This document shows positions 1 through 10,583 of a stretch of 64,000 bases of DNA, one piece after another. Under the pieces are notes generated by a model. It was not told the DNA's origin. It did no database searches and saw only the letters and a list, made by a program, of their open reading frames with translations. A program made the position numbers and the translations under genes. Each line of letters opens with the position of its first letter. Within the stretch, counting starts at the first letter, position 1. The stretch is from contig JANLPS010000117.1 of NCBI GenBank assembly GCA_031367385.1, forward strand, positions 1 through 64,000, in the 5' to 3' direction. This stretch comes from Archangium sp. (lineage in GTDB: Bacteria > Myxococcota > Myxococcia > Myxococcales > Myxococcaceae).

Positions 1-84
1 TCTCGCAGCTCGATGCCCAAGCGCAGGCGGGGCCCTAGAAGCGTATTCTCGCATTCTGCACGGGGCGCGGAGTAAACCTCCGGC

Positions 85-621
85 ATGCCGGAGCTGCTGG
101 TGTTCAGCCAAACCTTCGAAGCGCTCGTTCGGGCCCTCGGCGGCAATCTCACCGACGCGTCAAAAGAGAAGTTTCGCGCAGTGGGCGTCAACTTCGACCA
201 GCGGCTGCTGCCGGCGTACCCGCTCGACGTGTGGGTCGCGGCGATGGAGCTGGGCTCGACGATCCTGACTCCCGACGGGTCAGCGGCCGAGCGGCACTAT
301 GCCTTGGGCCGGAGAATCGTCGACAGCTACGGAGAGACGCTGGTCGGCCGGGCCTTGTTGGCGGTGATGCGGGTGATCGGCCCGCGCCGTAGCTTCGAGC
401 GCATGACGCGAAACCTGCGCACCACGAACAACTACACTGAGTCGAGCTTCGAGATCTCAGGCGACGGGCAGGTGACGTTGTGGTGCAGCCGGGTGATCTC
501 GGCCGAGTTCTACCGGGGCATGTTCACCCGCACGCTCGAAGCCGCGGGGGGCACCGATGCACGCGTAACAGTGCTCTCGATGGACGCCTCGGGATGCAAG
601 TTCGCGGTGAGCTGGAAGTAG
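85..621 (+). CDS. DUF2378 family protein (myxobacterial conserved family)
   Basis: 178 aa; pattern VF..TFEAL...L.PAYP...W....GR..V..Y.ETLVGRALLA..R.IGPRR..ERM.RN.RT.NNY typical of Myxococcales DUF2378 proteins. Confidence 0.8.
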   Translation: MPELLVFSQTFEALVRALGGNLTDASKEKFRAVGVNFDQRLLPAYPLDVWVAAMELGSTILTPDGSAAERHYALGRRIVDSYGETLVGRALLAVMRVIGPRRSFERMTRNLRTTNNYTESSFEISGDGQVTLWCSRVISAEFYRGMFTRTLEAAGGTDARVTVLSMDASGCKFAVSWK

Positions 622-662
622 CCGCGGGCTTCGAGTCGCCGGTGGTGGTGAAGACCGGCGCC

Positions 663-3600
663 TCAGTTGGGCACGCACACGCCGTTGGCATCGCACGAAG
701 TGCCGGGGCCACAGCCGGTGCTGCACGAGCTCAACGAGAGCAGGTCAGCGCTGGCGCCTCGGGCTCCGCCGGTGCCGGTCGACGAGACGGGGCCTGGGGA
801 GCTGCCACCGCTGCCGGCATTGCCCCCGGTGTCGACGCCCGCGCCGGTCAAGAACGCGTTGGTGGCGCTCAGTGAGCCGACCGAGAGGTTGAACCCGAGC
901 ACCGAGAACGAGGGGCCGCCGACGCCGCCGCCGCCGCCACCGCCGGGGCCTCCGTTGCCGCCTTCGCCGCCCTTGCCGCCGGTCGAGCTGCTCCAGCGTG
1001 CGGGGCTGCCGCCGAACCCGCCCGCGCCGCCCAGGCCACCCGCGCCGCCGAAGCCGCCATTGCCGCCGTCACCGCCGAGCCCGCGTTGAATGCGATTGCC
1101 GGTGATGGTGGGCAAGGTGGAGGTCGCCGCGCTCGAGGTCAGCAAGATCGCGATCGACGCGCCACCCGCGCCACCGGGTTGCCCGCCGCTGCCGCCGCAC
1201 GCACCGGCACCGCCGCCGCCGCCGCTGGCACCGATCTCCCAGGCCTGGCAACCACCGGCGATGAACTTCTGAACGCCACCTCCAGCCCCGCCGCCGCCGC
1301 CGCCGAGCGCAACAGCACCGCCCAGGCCCGCCGACGCCTTGACCGGAGCGGTCACCCACTGCCCCATCGAGATCGACCCATGCCGAGCGATGGCCACCGC
1401 GCCCGAACCGCCGAGCCCGCCACTGCCGTCAGGGCCCTGGGCACCGTCAGCGCCGTCATGGGCTTGAATGGCCGAGGGGTACCCCGACTCACGCACCTGG
1501 GCGCAGCCGCTGCCTGAGAGCGGCGAGAAGCTCCAGTCCCACCCGCCGCGGCCGTTACGGGTCGAGGGCAGCGGAGACACGTATTCTTGTTCGTCACCCT
1601 GGCTCAGCGCGAAGGCGTACACCGGGCAGATCACATTGCCGCCCCGGTTGGCGCTCCCCGCCGCGCACTGAGCGTTCGAGCCCGCCGCGCCGCCCGCCTG
1701 GTTGTTCGTCGCCGAGCAATTGCCGCTGCCGAAGAAGCGGCTGTTGATGCCCGTGGCGCCGTTGAGGGCGGTCGAGGCCTGCCGGCCGAAGCCCTGGGTG
1801 CCCGTGGCGCCGCGGCCGCCGTCACCGCCGCGGCCTCCGAACACGTCATTGGTCATCAACACCACTCGCTGACCGACGTTGAAGAGGTACACCGCGACCG
1901 ATGCCTGCCCTGCGAGGCCCTCGGGAGTGCCGCCGGGCACGTCCCACCCGACGATGGTGAAGCCTGCGACCACGGTCTCAGCCACGCCGGTGCCAGCCGT
2001 TTCGATGTGCACCGCGGCAATGGCAGTTGAGGAGGGCGCCTGGCCGCTGATGGTGACGGTGTGAATCTTGGGGTCGCGCTTCAAGAAGTCGCTCGAGTAG
2101 CCGCCGAAGATCTGCGCGCCGTCGAACAGCCGCACGTTTTCGCGGTACAGCCCCTGGGCGACGAGCACGTATCGCTTGGCCGCGGTCGCCTTGAGCAGCG
2201 CGACGCCTTCTGAAATCGTTCGCACCGGAGCAGCCCGGGTGCCGGTACCGCCGGCCAGCGCGGTCGCCGAGACGAAGATGGCATCGGCCTCGACCCCATC
2301 GATGCCATCGCAATTTTCATCGACCCAGCTCGCCGAGGCCCCGCTCGCGGGAGCACGGTCAGGCAAATCGACCGCCGTATTGTTCTGCACCCGCCGGCAC
2401 TCGCACCCGTCGCTCGAGAGGCCGTTGACGTTGACCCACTCGAAGGTGACGCCGCCGACCACCTCGGTCAAACACGGGCCAATCGTGCACGCTGGAATCG
2501 CGGGAGTCTTGTCGCAGATGCCCGTGGTGTGCTGCAGCGTCGGCGAGAAGTACTTGGTGCAGTCGTTGTTGCAGAAGCCGCAGTTCGAGAGGGTGTCGTA
2601 CACGCCGGTCGACCCGTTGCGAAAGCCTTCGTCGACCAGGCCGTCGCAGTTGTTGTCGACGCCGTCGCAGATCTCAGGGCTGAACGAGCTCACGTCGCAC
2701 GCAGCCCACGCGGGGCCACCGGGCTGGGTGGCGCAGGTCTCGAACCCGCGGCAGGTCATCATCGCCGGTGACTGAATGGTACAGCTGCGAGTCGCGCCGA
2801 CCGTCGCTGCATTGCAGGTGCAGGTCTTGGTCGAAGGCGTGCACTGGGAGCCTCCATCGAGTGCGCTGCACGAGTACCCGCCGGGGCACGCGCCATACGG
2901 AGACGTCGCGGTGCAATCGCGGCCGCACACCTTCGCGCCGTCGATGGTCAGGCAGTGGCTGCCTGGGCCAACGCAGTCTGAATCGAACTGGCACGGCCGG
3001 CACAAGGTGTCGGGCAATTGCAGGCACAGCCGCCCATCTGAAGAGGGGAAGAACCCCGCCGCGCACGCGAGCACCTTGCACGAAGGCGTCGAGTCGTTGG
3101 GCGAGACGCACGCGGTGTCGATGGCGTTGGCTACCTTCGAGCAGTCATTGCCACAGGCCCCGCAGTTGGCGCTCAGTGAATACCGGCCGCGCGGGTCGAC
3201 GAAGCCATTGTCGACGGTGCCATCGCAGTCATCGTCGACGTAGTTGCAGGCCTCGGTCGACGGGTCTTGCGCGGTGCACTGGAGCCCCGCTGACGCCCGG
3301 CACAGCTGCGCGCCGCGGCAGATGCGGTTGCCGACGGTCTTGGTGCACTCGGGCCAGGTCGCGTTGTCGATGAACCCGTCGCAGTTGTCGTCGATGCCGT
3401 TGCAGGCTTCATCTTTTGCGACGGGCGCGTTGCAGGCGGTGAACCCACCGTCGGTCTGGCAGATCTGATTGCCGAGGCACGCGCCGAACGTATTCGCGGC
3501 GCCGCGGCATGACTTCTCGAGGCCCAGCGTGGCGGGTACGCAGTCGCAGGTGCGGCCTTCGGGCACGCACTGGTGGAGCGACGCTCCAAAGCCGCCGTCG

Positions 3601-4124
3601 ACGGCAAATCTCTCGCACTTGTACTGGTTGGGGCAGCCGGTGACGGTGCAGTCGCGGGCACAGAAGCGGCCTCCGCCGATCGAGAGGCACGAGTCAGCCC
3701 CCGAGGCGCCGCAGTCGAGATCTTTCGTGCAGGTCTGACAGAGAAACGGCTGCGAGACGACGCAGGCGTTCACATACGTGGTCACGTTGTTGATCTTGAA
3801 CGGCCCAACGACCTGGTTGCACTCGAACGAGGTCGGGCAGCCCGCATCGCCCGGATCACAGAGCCGCGAGCAGATCTTGCCCTGGGGGGCGCCGACGCAG
3901 ATGGCCGAGTTGCACTCGTTGCCCGCATCACACGGCTCACCGAAGCGCTTGCCACCGCGCCCGGCGTCGACGAACTGCAGCTCACGGCACTCGGCGTTCA
4001 CGCAGCGCAGCCCGGTCGCGCAATCGCTGTCGAACACGCAGGCATTCACGTGGGGGTACGAGACGGTGCGACCGCAGCCAGCGAGCGCTCCCACGGCCAA
4101 CGTCATCAAGAGCAGTCGCTTCAT
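663..4124 (-). CDS. Large Cys-rich lipoprotein with MopE-like metal-binding repeats, DUF1565/beta-helix-like region and Gly-rich C-terminus
   Basis: Start moved to ATG 4124 (MKRLLLMTLAVGALAGC, lipobox), which overlaps the upstream TGA; repeats EACNGIDDNCDGFID, EACNYVDDDCDGTVD, EICDGVDNNCDGLVDEG; AIFVS...G.GT...P..TI motif; poly-Gly tail. Confidence 0.75.
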   Translation of the reverse strand: MKRLLLMTLAVGALAGCGRTVSYPHVNACVFDSDCATGLRCVNAECRELQFVDAGRGGKRFGEPCDAGNECNSAICVGAPQGKICSRLCDPGDAGCPTSFECNQVVGPFKINNVTTYVNACVVSQPFLCQTCTKDLDCGASGADSCLSIGGGRFCARDCTVTGCPNQYKCERFAVDGGFGASLHQCVPEGRTCDCVPATLGLEKSCRGAANTFGACLGNQICQTDGGFTACNAPVAKDEACNGIDDNCDGFIDNATWPECTKTVGNRICRGAQLCRASAGLQCTAQDPSTEACNYVDDDCDGTVDNGFVDPRGRYSLSANCGACGNDCSKVANAIDTACVSPNDSTPSCKVLACAAGFFPSSDGRLCLQLPDTLCRPCQFDSDCVGPGSHCLTIDGAKVCGRDCTATSPYGACPGGYSCSALDGGSQCTPSTKTCTCNAATVGATRSCTIQSPAMMTCRGFETCATQPGGPAWAACDVSSFSPEICDGVDNNCDGLVDEGFRNGSTGVYDTLSNCGFCNNDCTKYFSPTLQHTTGICDKTPAIPACTIGPCLTEVVGGVTFEWVNVNGLSSDGCECRRVQNNTAVDLPDRAPASGASASWVDENCDGIDGVEADAIFVSATALAGGTGTRAAPVRTISEGVALLKATAAKRYVLVAQGLYRENVRLFDGAQIFGGYSSDFLKRDPKIHTVTISGQAPSSTAIAAVHIETAGTGVAETVVAGFTIVGWDVPGGTPEGLAGQASVAVYLFNVGQRVVLMTNDVFGGRGGDGGRGATGTQGFGRQASTALNGATGINSRFFGSGNCSATNNQAGGAAGSNAQCAAGSANRGGNVICPVYAFALSQGDEQEYVSPLPSTRNGRGGWDWSFSPLSGSGCAQVRESGYPSAIQAHDGADGAQGPDGSGGLGGSGAVAIARHGSISMGQWVTAPVKASAGLGGAVALGGGGGGAGGGVQKFIAGGCQAWEIGASGGGGGAGACGGSGGQPGGAGGASIAILLTSSAATSTLPTITGNRIQRGLGGDGGNGGFGGAGGLGGAGGFGGSPARWSSSTGGKGGEGGNGGPGGGGGGGVGGPSFSVLGFNLSVGSLSATNAFLTGAGVDTGGNAGSGGSSPGPVSSTGTGGARGASADLLSLSSCSTGCGPGTSCDANGVCVPN

Positions 4125-7100
4125 CACAATGACTGAATGAGTGCGACGACGCCGGTAGCGCCATCGCCTCCCTTGCCTGCGAGGCCACTCGGAGACGCGC
4201 CGCCAACTCCGCCAGCACCGGGCGCATTGACCGGTGCCGCGCCGAACGTATTTTGCATCGCGTACCCACCGGCCCCGCCGACACTGACGCCGCCGATGCC
4301 GAAGACCGAGCCGCCGCAGCCGCCTCCGCCGCCAGTGCCCGCGCCGCCGTTGCCGCCTCGACCGCCCGCGCCACCGGGGCCAGCGCACCACGCGACGGAG
4401 GTCGCCTCGCCACCTCGACCGCCTTGCCCGCCGAGGCCGCCGTAGCCACCCTCGCCGCCCTTGCCTCCGACGCCGCCGAAGCCCAGGTCGATGAGGTTGC
4501 CATCGATGCGCGGGTTGGTGCCGACGACGAAGATCGCGAACGACGCGCCGCCGCCGCCAGCGCCGAGCCCCAGGCCGCCGCCGCAGCCCGCTCCGCCGCC
4601 GCCGCCGCCCGTCGCGCCCAGGTCGCCGACCCTGTGGCCGATGGTGCAGGTCGCTGGGTTGTTGTTCTGAACGCAGCCGCCGGCGCCGCCGCCGCCTCCG
4701 CCACGGCCGGGCGTGCCTGAAGCACCGACCGTACCGACGTCAGTGACCCAGTCATCGCCGACGATGTGCCCGAGCGCGGTGAAGCACCCTCCGCCCGGCA
4801 GGCCGGCAAACCCGTCTGACCCATTCTGGGCAGCGCCGCCGTTGAGCCCGTCGGCCGGCACGGTGCAGTCGTATTTGCAGAACGCTGACTGGCTCGGGTC
4901 AGACTGGTTGTAGCGACCGTTGCTGCCGCCGCGGCCGTTGCCGCTGAAGTTCGACGGGTAGTCTTGCGGGTCTTTGGCGAGCGTGCTGCCAGCGCCGACG
5001 TTGCCCGCGGTGTCCATCGGGCAGGTGTTGTTCGAGCCGGGCTGGCCTCCGACCTGAGACTCATTGGCACAGTTGGTCGAGGCGCACTCTTTCGAGGTCA
5101 ACCCGTTCTGCCCGTTGATGCCATTCGCGCCAGCGGCGCCGGTGAACGCAGCGACGGCGTCGCCTCCTCGGCCGCCGATGATGTGATTGTCTGAGAGCCT
5201 GGGCGCGGTCGCGTTCTTCACGTACACCGCGTACGACGAGCGGGCCTGCTGCCCCGGCGCCGGGCGTGAAATCACGTCGTAGCCGCGAATGGTGAAACCA
5301 GCGACGAGCGTGGTCGACACGGCTTCGACATTGACGGTGCCCCGTCGAGCACCCGCGGCGACATCGGGCTCAGGCGCCTCGATCAACGTGGGGAAGGTAA
5401 TGACATCGCGGCTCAAAAAAGAGCTCGAGTACCCGCCGTACAAGAACACCCGGTCGCGGAGGACGACTTGCTCGACGTAGGTACCCTGCGCGACCAAGAT
5501 CGCGGTGTGCTTGCTGGCATCGAAGGCCGCCACGGCCTCGCCGATGGTCTTGAACGGCTCAGCGCGGGTACCGCTGCTCTTGGGTGACTGGGCCCAGACG
5601 AAGAGCGAGGTGGCGATGGTGCCGTCGATGCCGTCGCAGTCGCGATCGAGGTACGGCATGCCCGCTTTTGGGTAAACGCCCCCGGTGCTGGTGTCAGGCA
5701 CGTCGGGCCCATCGCTGGTGATCGGGCACTCGCAGCCGTTGGTCTCTTCGCGGTCCGCATTGACGAAGGCGACGTCGCGAACGCACGCCTTGTCGACGCA
5801 CTTCGACGAAGGGAAAGCGGCGCAGTCGCCGTTCGTCGTGCAGGTCGTCGCGCACACGCCCTTCGAAGAGCACGCTCTGCCGCCGCCGCACGGGGCCGAC
5901 GCGGAGCAGCTCTTCGAGCAGAAATGGTACAGCGGGTCGCACACGCCCTCGGCGCACTCAGCGTCGATTCGGCACGCGCCGGTCGAGGTGACGACCTCAC
6001 TCGTGCACTGCGCGATGACGCACTCGGGTGCTCCAACCGTCACATCGCAGCCACCGATGGCGTGCTGAATGGTCGGGCTCCAGCGCACTTTGCAGTTGGT
6101 GCTGCACGAGCCGCACGCGGTGTCAGAGTCATACGTGCCGGAGTCGCGGGTGTTGATGAACGGGTCATCGGGCAAGCCGTTGCAGTCGTTGTCTTTGCCG
6201 TCACACAGCTCGAGCGTGGTCTTCGAGGTGTCGCAGGCTCCGAAGTTGCCGATGCCATCGCACTTCTGCTCACCGACGCAGGTCGCGGTGCCGGCGGTGC
6301 GAAAGCAGCTGCGGGTGAACCCGGCGCTGGCGGCGTTGCACAGGCATGAATTGCCGTTGGGCACGCAGCGCTTGGCCGCGCCGACCTGCTGGCAGGTGCT
6401 GTCGGTGGGGCAGCAGCCCTTCTCGCCCACGACGCCCGTGCAGCCCGCGTACGGTGATGACGCTTCACAGCTCTGCGCGCAGTACGAGCCGGGGTCGAAG
6501 CCGACGCTGACGCATTCGTCACCAGGTACCTGGCAGTCACCGGTGCCAGTGCAGGGCCGGCACTGCGAAGTGACCGCCTTCTCACACACCGTCGGAGCAT
6601 TCGCAGGCGAGGGGTAGTACCCCTTCGCGCACAGCTTCGGCACGCAGGTCAGCACGCCAGCGCGGTCTTCACACGTCGCGGCGCCGGTGAGCACGGTGCC
6701 GGCGTCGGAGCCCCCGTCACGGGCCAAATCTCGCAGCGTCTCGAAGCAGTCGGTGTTGCACGAGCCGCACGCGCGAACGCTGGTGTACCGGCCCGTCGAG
6801 TCGGTCAACCCATCGTCGACGATGCCGTTGCAGTCATCATCGACGCCGTTGCACTTCTCTTGCGTCGGGTCGGGGGCAGAGCAATCGAACGCCGCGCCAC
6901 CATCGGGCAGGCCCTGGCACGACCACTTGCCGGTGCAGGCGAGGCCCTTCTTGCAGTCGGGGTACCCGGCGACGGCGCTGGTGTCTAAGCCCGGGTCGGC
7001 TTGATCGTTGAGCCCGTTGCAATCGTTGTCGATGCCATCGCAGACCTCTTTCGACGCGCCGCGCGCATCGCACCCGGAGTACGTCGTGTCGGCCTGGCAG

Positions 7101-7741
7101 GTCTCGAACCCGAAGCAGGTGCCGACCGCGTTGGTGAGCTTGCAGTTGCGCTGCAGGCCCGCGGTGACCGCCGAGCACTCACAGGTTTGCGCATCAGGCA
7201 CGCACTGCCGGGCGATGCCCGCGTCGACCGCGAGCGAACGGCAGGTGTAGTTGGCCGGGCACGGGTTGAGCAGACAGTCTTGGCCGCAGAATCTGCCGCC
7301 GGCCAGGGTGAGGCAGCGGTCTCCAGCGGCGTTGCAGTCGCGGTCGCTCGCGCAGCTCAGACACAATGCTTTGAAGGGCGGAGCGCACACGAAGCCGGGC
7401 GTGGTGAATGACTGCTTGCACTGCCACCCCTTGGGGCAGCCGAACCCAGCGTCGGCGTTGCACCCGATGCTGCAGACGCCTCCGTTGCCGGGGCCTTTGG
7501 GCAGACACGGGCCGCGCTTGCAGACCGCATCGTCGACACAGGGCCAGCCGACCTCTCCGATGCCCGCATCGACCAGCAACAGGCAGCGGCCGTCGACGCA
7601 AGTCTTGCCCGCGACACAGTCAGTGAACGTCTTGCACTCGCACGTGCCGTCGAGGGCGCAGTCGGGCTCGTGGGTCGATTGAAAACACGCACTCAGGGCC
7701 AACCCGAGGAGGCACACTGCAACCAGCCAACTTCGATGCAT
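4124..7741 (-). CDS. Large Cys-rich lipoprotein, paralog of 663..4124 with the same architecture
   Basis: MHRSWLVAVCLLGLALSAC lipobox; EVCDGIDNDCNG, EKCNGVDDDCNGIVDDG, ELCDGKDNDCNG repeats; SGT...PFKTI motif; Gly-rich C-terminus. Confidence 0.78.
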   Translation of the reverse strand: MHRSWLVAVCLLGLALSACFQSTHEPDCALDGTCECKTFTDCVAGKTCVDGRCLLLVDAGIGEVGWPCVDDAVCKRGPCLPKGPGNGGVCSIGCNADAGFGCPKGWQCKQSFTTPGFVCAPPFKALCLSCASDRDCNAAGDRCLTLAGGRFCGQDCLLNPCPANYTCRSLAVDAGIARQCVPDAQTCECSAVTAGLQRNCKLTNAVGTCFGFETCQADTTYSGCDARGASKEVCDGIDNDCNGLNDQADPGLDTSAVAGYPDCKKGLACTGKWSCQGLPDGGAAFDCSAPDPTQEKCNGVDDDCNGIVDDGLTDSTGRYTSVRACGSCNTDCFETLRDLARDGGSDAGTVLTGAATCEDRAGVLTCVPKLCAKGYYPSPANAPTVCEKAVTSQCRPCTGTGDCQVPGDECVSVGFDPGSYCAQSCEASSPYAGCTGVVGEKGCCPTDSTCQQVGAAKRCVPNGNSCLCNAASAGFTRSCFRTAGTATCVGEQKCDGIGNFGACDTSKTTLELCDGKDNDCNGLPDDPFINTRDSGTYDSDTACGSCSTNCKVRWSPTIQHAIGGCDVTVGAPECVIAQCTSEVVTSTGACRIDAECAEGVCDPLYHFCSKSCSASAPCGGGRACSSKGVCATTCTTNGDCAAFPSSKCVDKACVRDVAFVNADREETNGCECPITSDGPDVPDTSTGGVYPKAGMPYLDRDCDGIDGTIATSLFVWAQSPKSSGTRAEPFKTIGEAVAAFDASKHTAILVAQGTYVEQVVLRDRVFLYGGYSSSFLSRDVITFPTLIEAPEPDVAAGARRGTVNVEAVSTTLVAGFTIRGYDVISRPAPGQQARSSYAVYVKNATAPRLSDNHIIGGRGGDAVAAFTGAAGANGINGQNGLTSKECASTNCANESQVGGQPGSNNTCPMDTAGNVGAGSTLAKDPQDYPSNFSGNGRGGSNGRYNQSDPSQSAFCKYDCTVPADGLNGGAAQNGSDGFAGLPGGGCFTALGHIVGDDWVTDVGTVGASGTPGRGGGGGGAGGCVQNNNPATCTIGHRVGDLGATGGGGGGAGCGGGLGLGAGGGGASFAIFVVGTNPRIDGNLIDLGFGGVGGKGGEGGYGGLGGQGGRGGEATSVAWCAGPGGAGGRGGNGGAGTGGGGGCGGSVFGIGGVSVGGAGGYAMQNTFGAAPVNAPGAGGVGGASPSGLAGKGGDGATGVVALIQSL

Positions 7742-7849
7742 GAGGGTATTTCCCGCGGTGGGCCAACGCTCGACGCCCTAGCCGCGCCGCGCGGTGCGCA
7801 CCTTACCTACACGCGCCTCGCATGGGCAATGACGGCGAGACGGCTCCAC

Positions 7850-7929
7850 CGAAAGAAAAAACCCTCAGCGCTCAGCCCAAGTTGAGGGTGGGCAAGCCGC
7901 CGGGGCGTGAGCGCTTACGGTTTTTCGGC
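7850..7929. terminator. Long stem-loop flanked by A/T tracts, possible bidirectional intrinsic terminator
   Basis: GAAAAAACC-CTC-AGCGCTCA-GCCC ... GGGC-G-TGAGCGCT-TAC-GGTTTTTC inverted arms; a T-run follows the stem on either strand. Confidence 0.55.
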
Positions 7930-7942
7930 TGTGAACTGCCAT

Positions 7943-8053
7943 CCAGCCCTGACGACTCAGGGTTCGGAGGCATTGGAAGGGTGGTCTGACCCTGAACCGT
8001 GAGGGTTCAGTGGCTCGTAGGAGTGGTCCGGCCCTCAGCCGTGAGGGCTTGGG
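7943..8053. repeat. Three-copy palindromic hairpin array, period 42-43 bp (candidate ncRNA or operator array)
   Basis: Cores CCCTGA-CGAC-TCAGGG (7947-7962), CCCTGA-ACCG-TGAGGG (7990-8005), CCCTCA-GCCG-TGAGGG (8032-8047); GTGGTCYG precedes the last two. Confidence 0.7.
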
Positions 8054-8088
8054 GGCACAAATAAGTCCAAAAGTCAGTGGGTTGCGAT

Positions 8089-8334
8089 TCAGTGCGTCGA
8101 TTGGTGCAGGCGGCGCTGAAAGGTCGTCAGCAGCAGCCGGCCATCGACGCCGTAGCAGCGAAGCTCACGGCTGTCTCCGCGCAGGGCGGCGACGACGCTA
8201 ACGACCGGAGCGACCACCTCCCCTTCACGAACGAACGCGATCGACTCCGGCACCTGGTCGATGGGCAGCACCTGATCAGGGCCGCCGTCTTTCTCGACGA
8301 AGGTAATCAGACCAGGGTGTGTCGGAGTGATCAT
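8089..8334 (-). CDS. Small hypothetical protein (~81 aa)
   Basis: ORF MITPTHPGLITFVEKDGG...; same strand as and downstream of surE; plausible composition; start chosen by eye. Confidence 0.5.
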   Translation of the reverse strand: MITPTHPGLITFVEKDGGPDQVLPIDQVPESIAFVREGEVVAPVVSVVAALRGDSRELRCYGVDGRLLLTTFQRRLHQSTH

Positions 8335-8397
8335 GCCGAAGCTCCCGAAGAGGAGCCTCACCAGACCACACGTCGGTGCGAAAGCAAAAACCGGGGT

Positions 8398-8439
8398 CCT
8401 TCGACAAGCTCCCTTCGACAGGCTCAGGGCAGGCCTCAG
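8398..8439 (+). repeat. REP-like CTTCGAC...GCTCAG element, nested copy
   Basis: CCTTCGACAAGCT-[CCCTTCGACAGGCTCAGGGCAGGC]-CTCAG. Confidence 0.6.
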
Positions 8440-9199
8440 ACCGCTTCGAAGCCCTCGACCGCCCAGCCCTTGACCGTGCCGACCAGAGAATGGTCAGTAA
8501 AATCAAGCATCAACGGCGTCACCGAGACCCGATGCTCGTCATGCACCGCGGTCACATCGGTGCCGGGCTCCTTGATGTGCTCGTAGCCGGTGCCACCGAT
8601 CCAATAGTACTTGCGGCCGCGCGGGTCTTCTTTCTCGACCACGTCTGCACCGTAGGTGTGCCGGCCCAGGCGCGTGACTTCGTAGTGCTTGAACGGCCCT
8701 GCCCCACCCGGCACGTTCACGTTGAGCAGCATGCGCTTCGGCAACGGGTTGGCCAGGACGGCTTTGATGAGCGAGCGGGCGAACTGTGCGGCGGGCTCGA
8801 ACTCGTGCGATTTTCGAGCGGCGAGGCTGAAGGCAATCGACGGCACGTTGAGAATCGACCCTTCCATCGCTGCGGCGACGGTGCCCGAGTAGATGACATC
8901 GTCAGCGAGGTTGGGCCCGTGGTTGATGCCAGAGACCACCAACGCCGGCCGCTCGTCGCGCAGGAGGTGGTTGATCGCCACGTACACGCAATCGGCCGGC
9001 GTGCCGTCGACGGCGAACTGCCGCTCGGCGAATTTTCGAATGCGCAGGGGGTGGTGCAGCGAGAGCGAGTGCGAGGTGGCGCTCTGTTCTTTCTCGGGGG
9101 CCACCAGCCACACCTCACCGAGCCCCTCGACGGCCTTCATCAAGGCCTGCAGACCCCGGGCGTTGAACCCGTCGTCGTTGGAAACGAGAATGCGCGCCA

Positions 9200-9200
<1 letters not shown>
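8436..9200 (-). CDS. surE: 5'/3'-nucleotidase SurE
   Basis: RILVSNDDG, VAP..EQSA.SHS, DGTPADCV, VSGINHGPNL, YSGTVAAAMEG, LLNVNVP, DPRGR.YYW motifs; TGATG coupling to eno. Confidence 0.95.
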
Positions 9201-10525
<1,325 letters not shown>

Positions 10526-10583
10526 TCAAAGAACCCTTCCTCGACGCAGGGCAGAAGAAGTGCGAAATTTGCGGGCACCTTCG

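Noticed and set aside
4125..4391. N-terminal extension of ORF 663..4391
   Set aside because: Arg-rich alternative-frame overlap with the upstream gene; lipobox and TGATG coupling place the start at 4124
7985..8013. 6S RNA, suggested by the CTGAACC...GGTTCAG hairpin
   Set aside because: The hairpin is one unit of a repeat; I could not find the long 6S rod or the usual zapA/ygfA context. An Rfam scan is still needed
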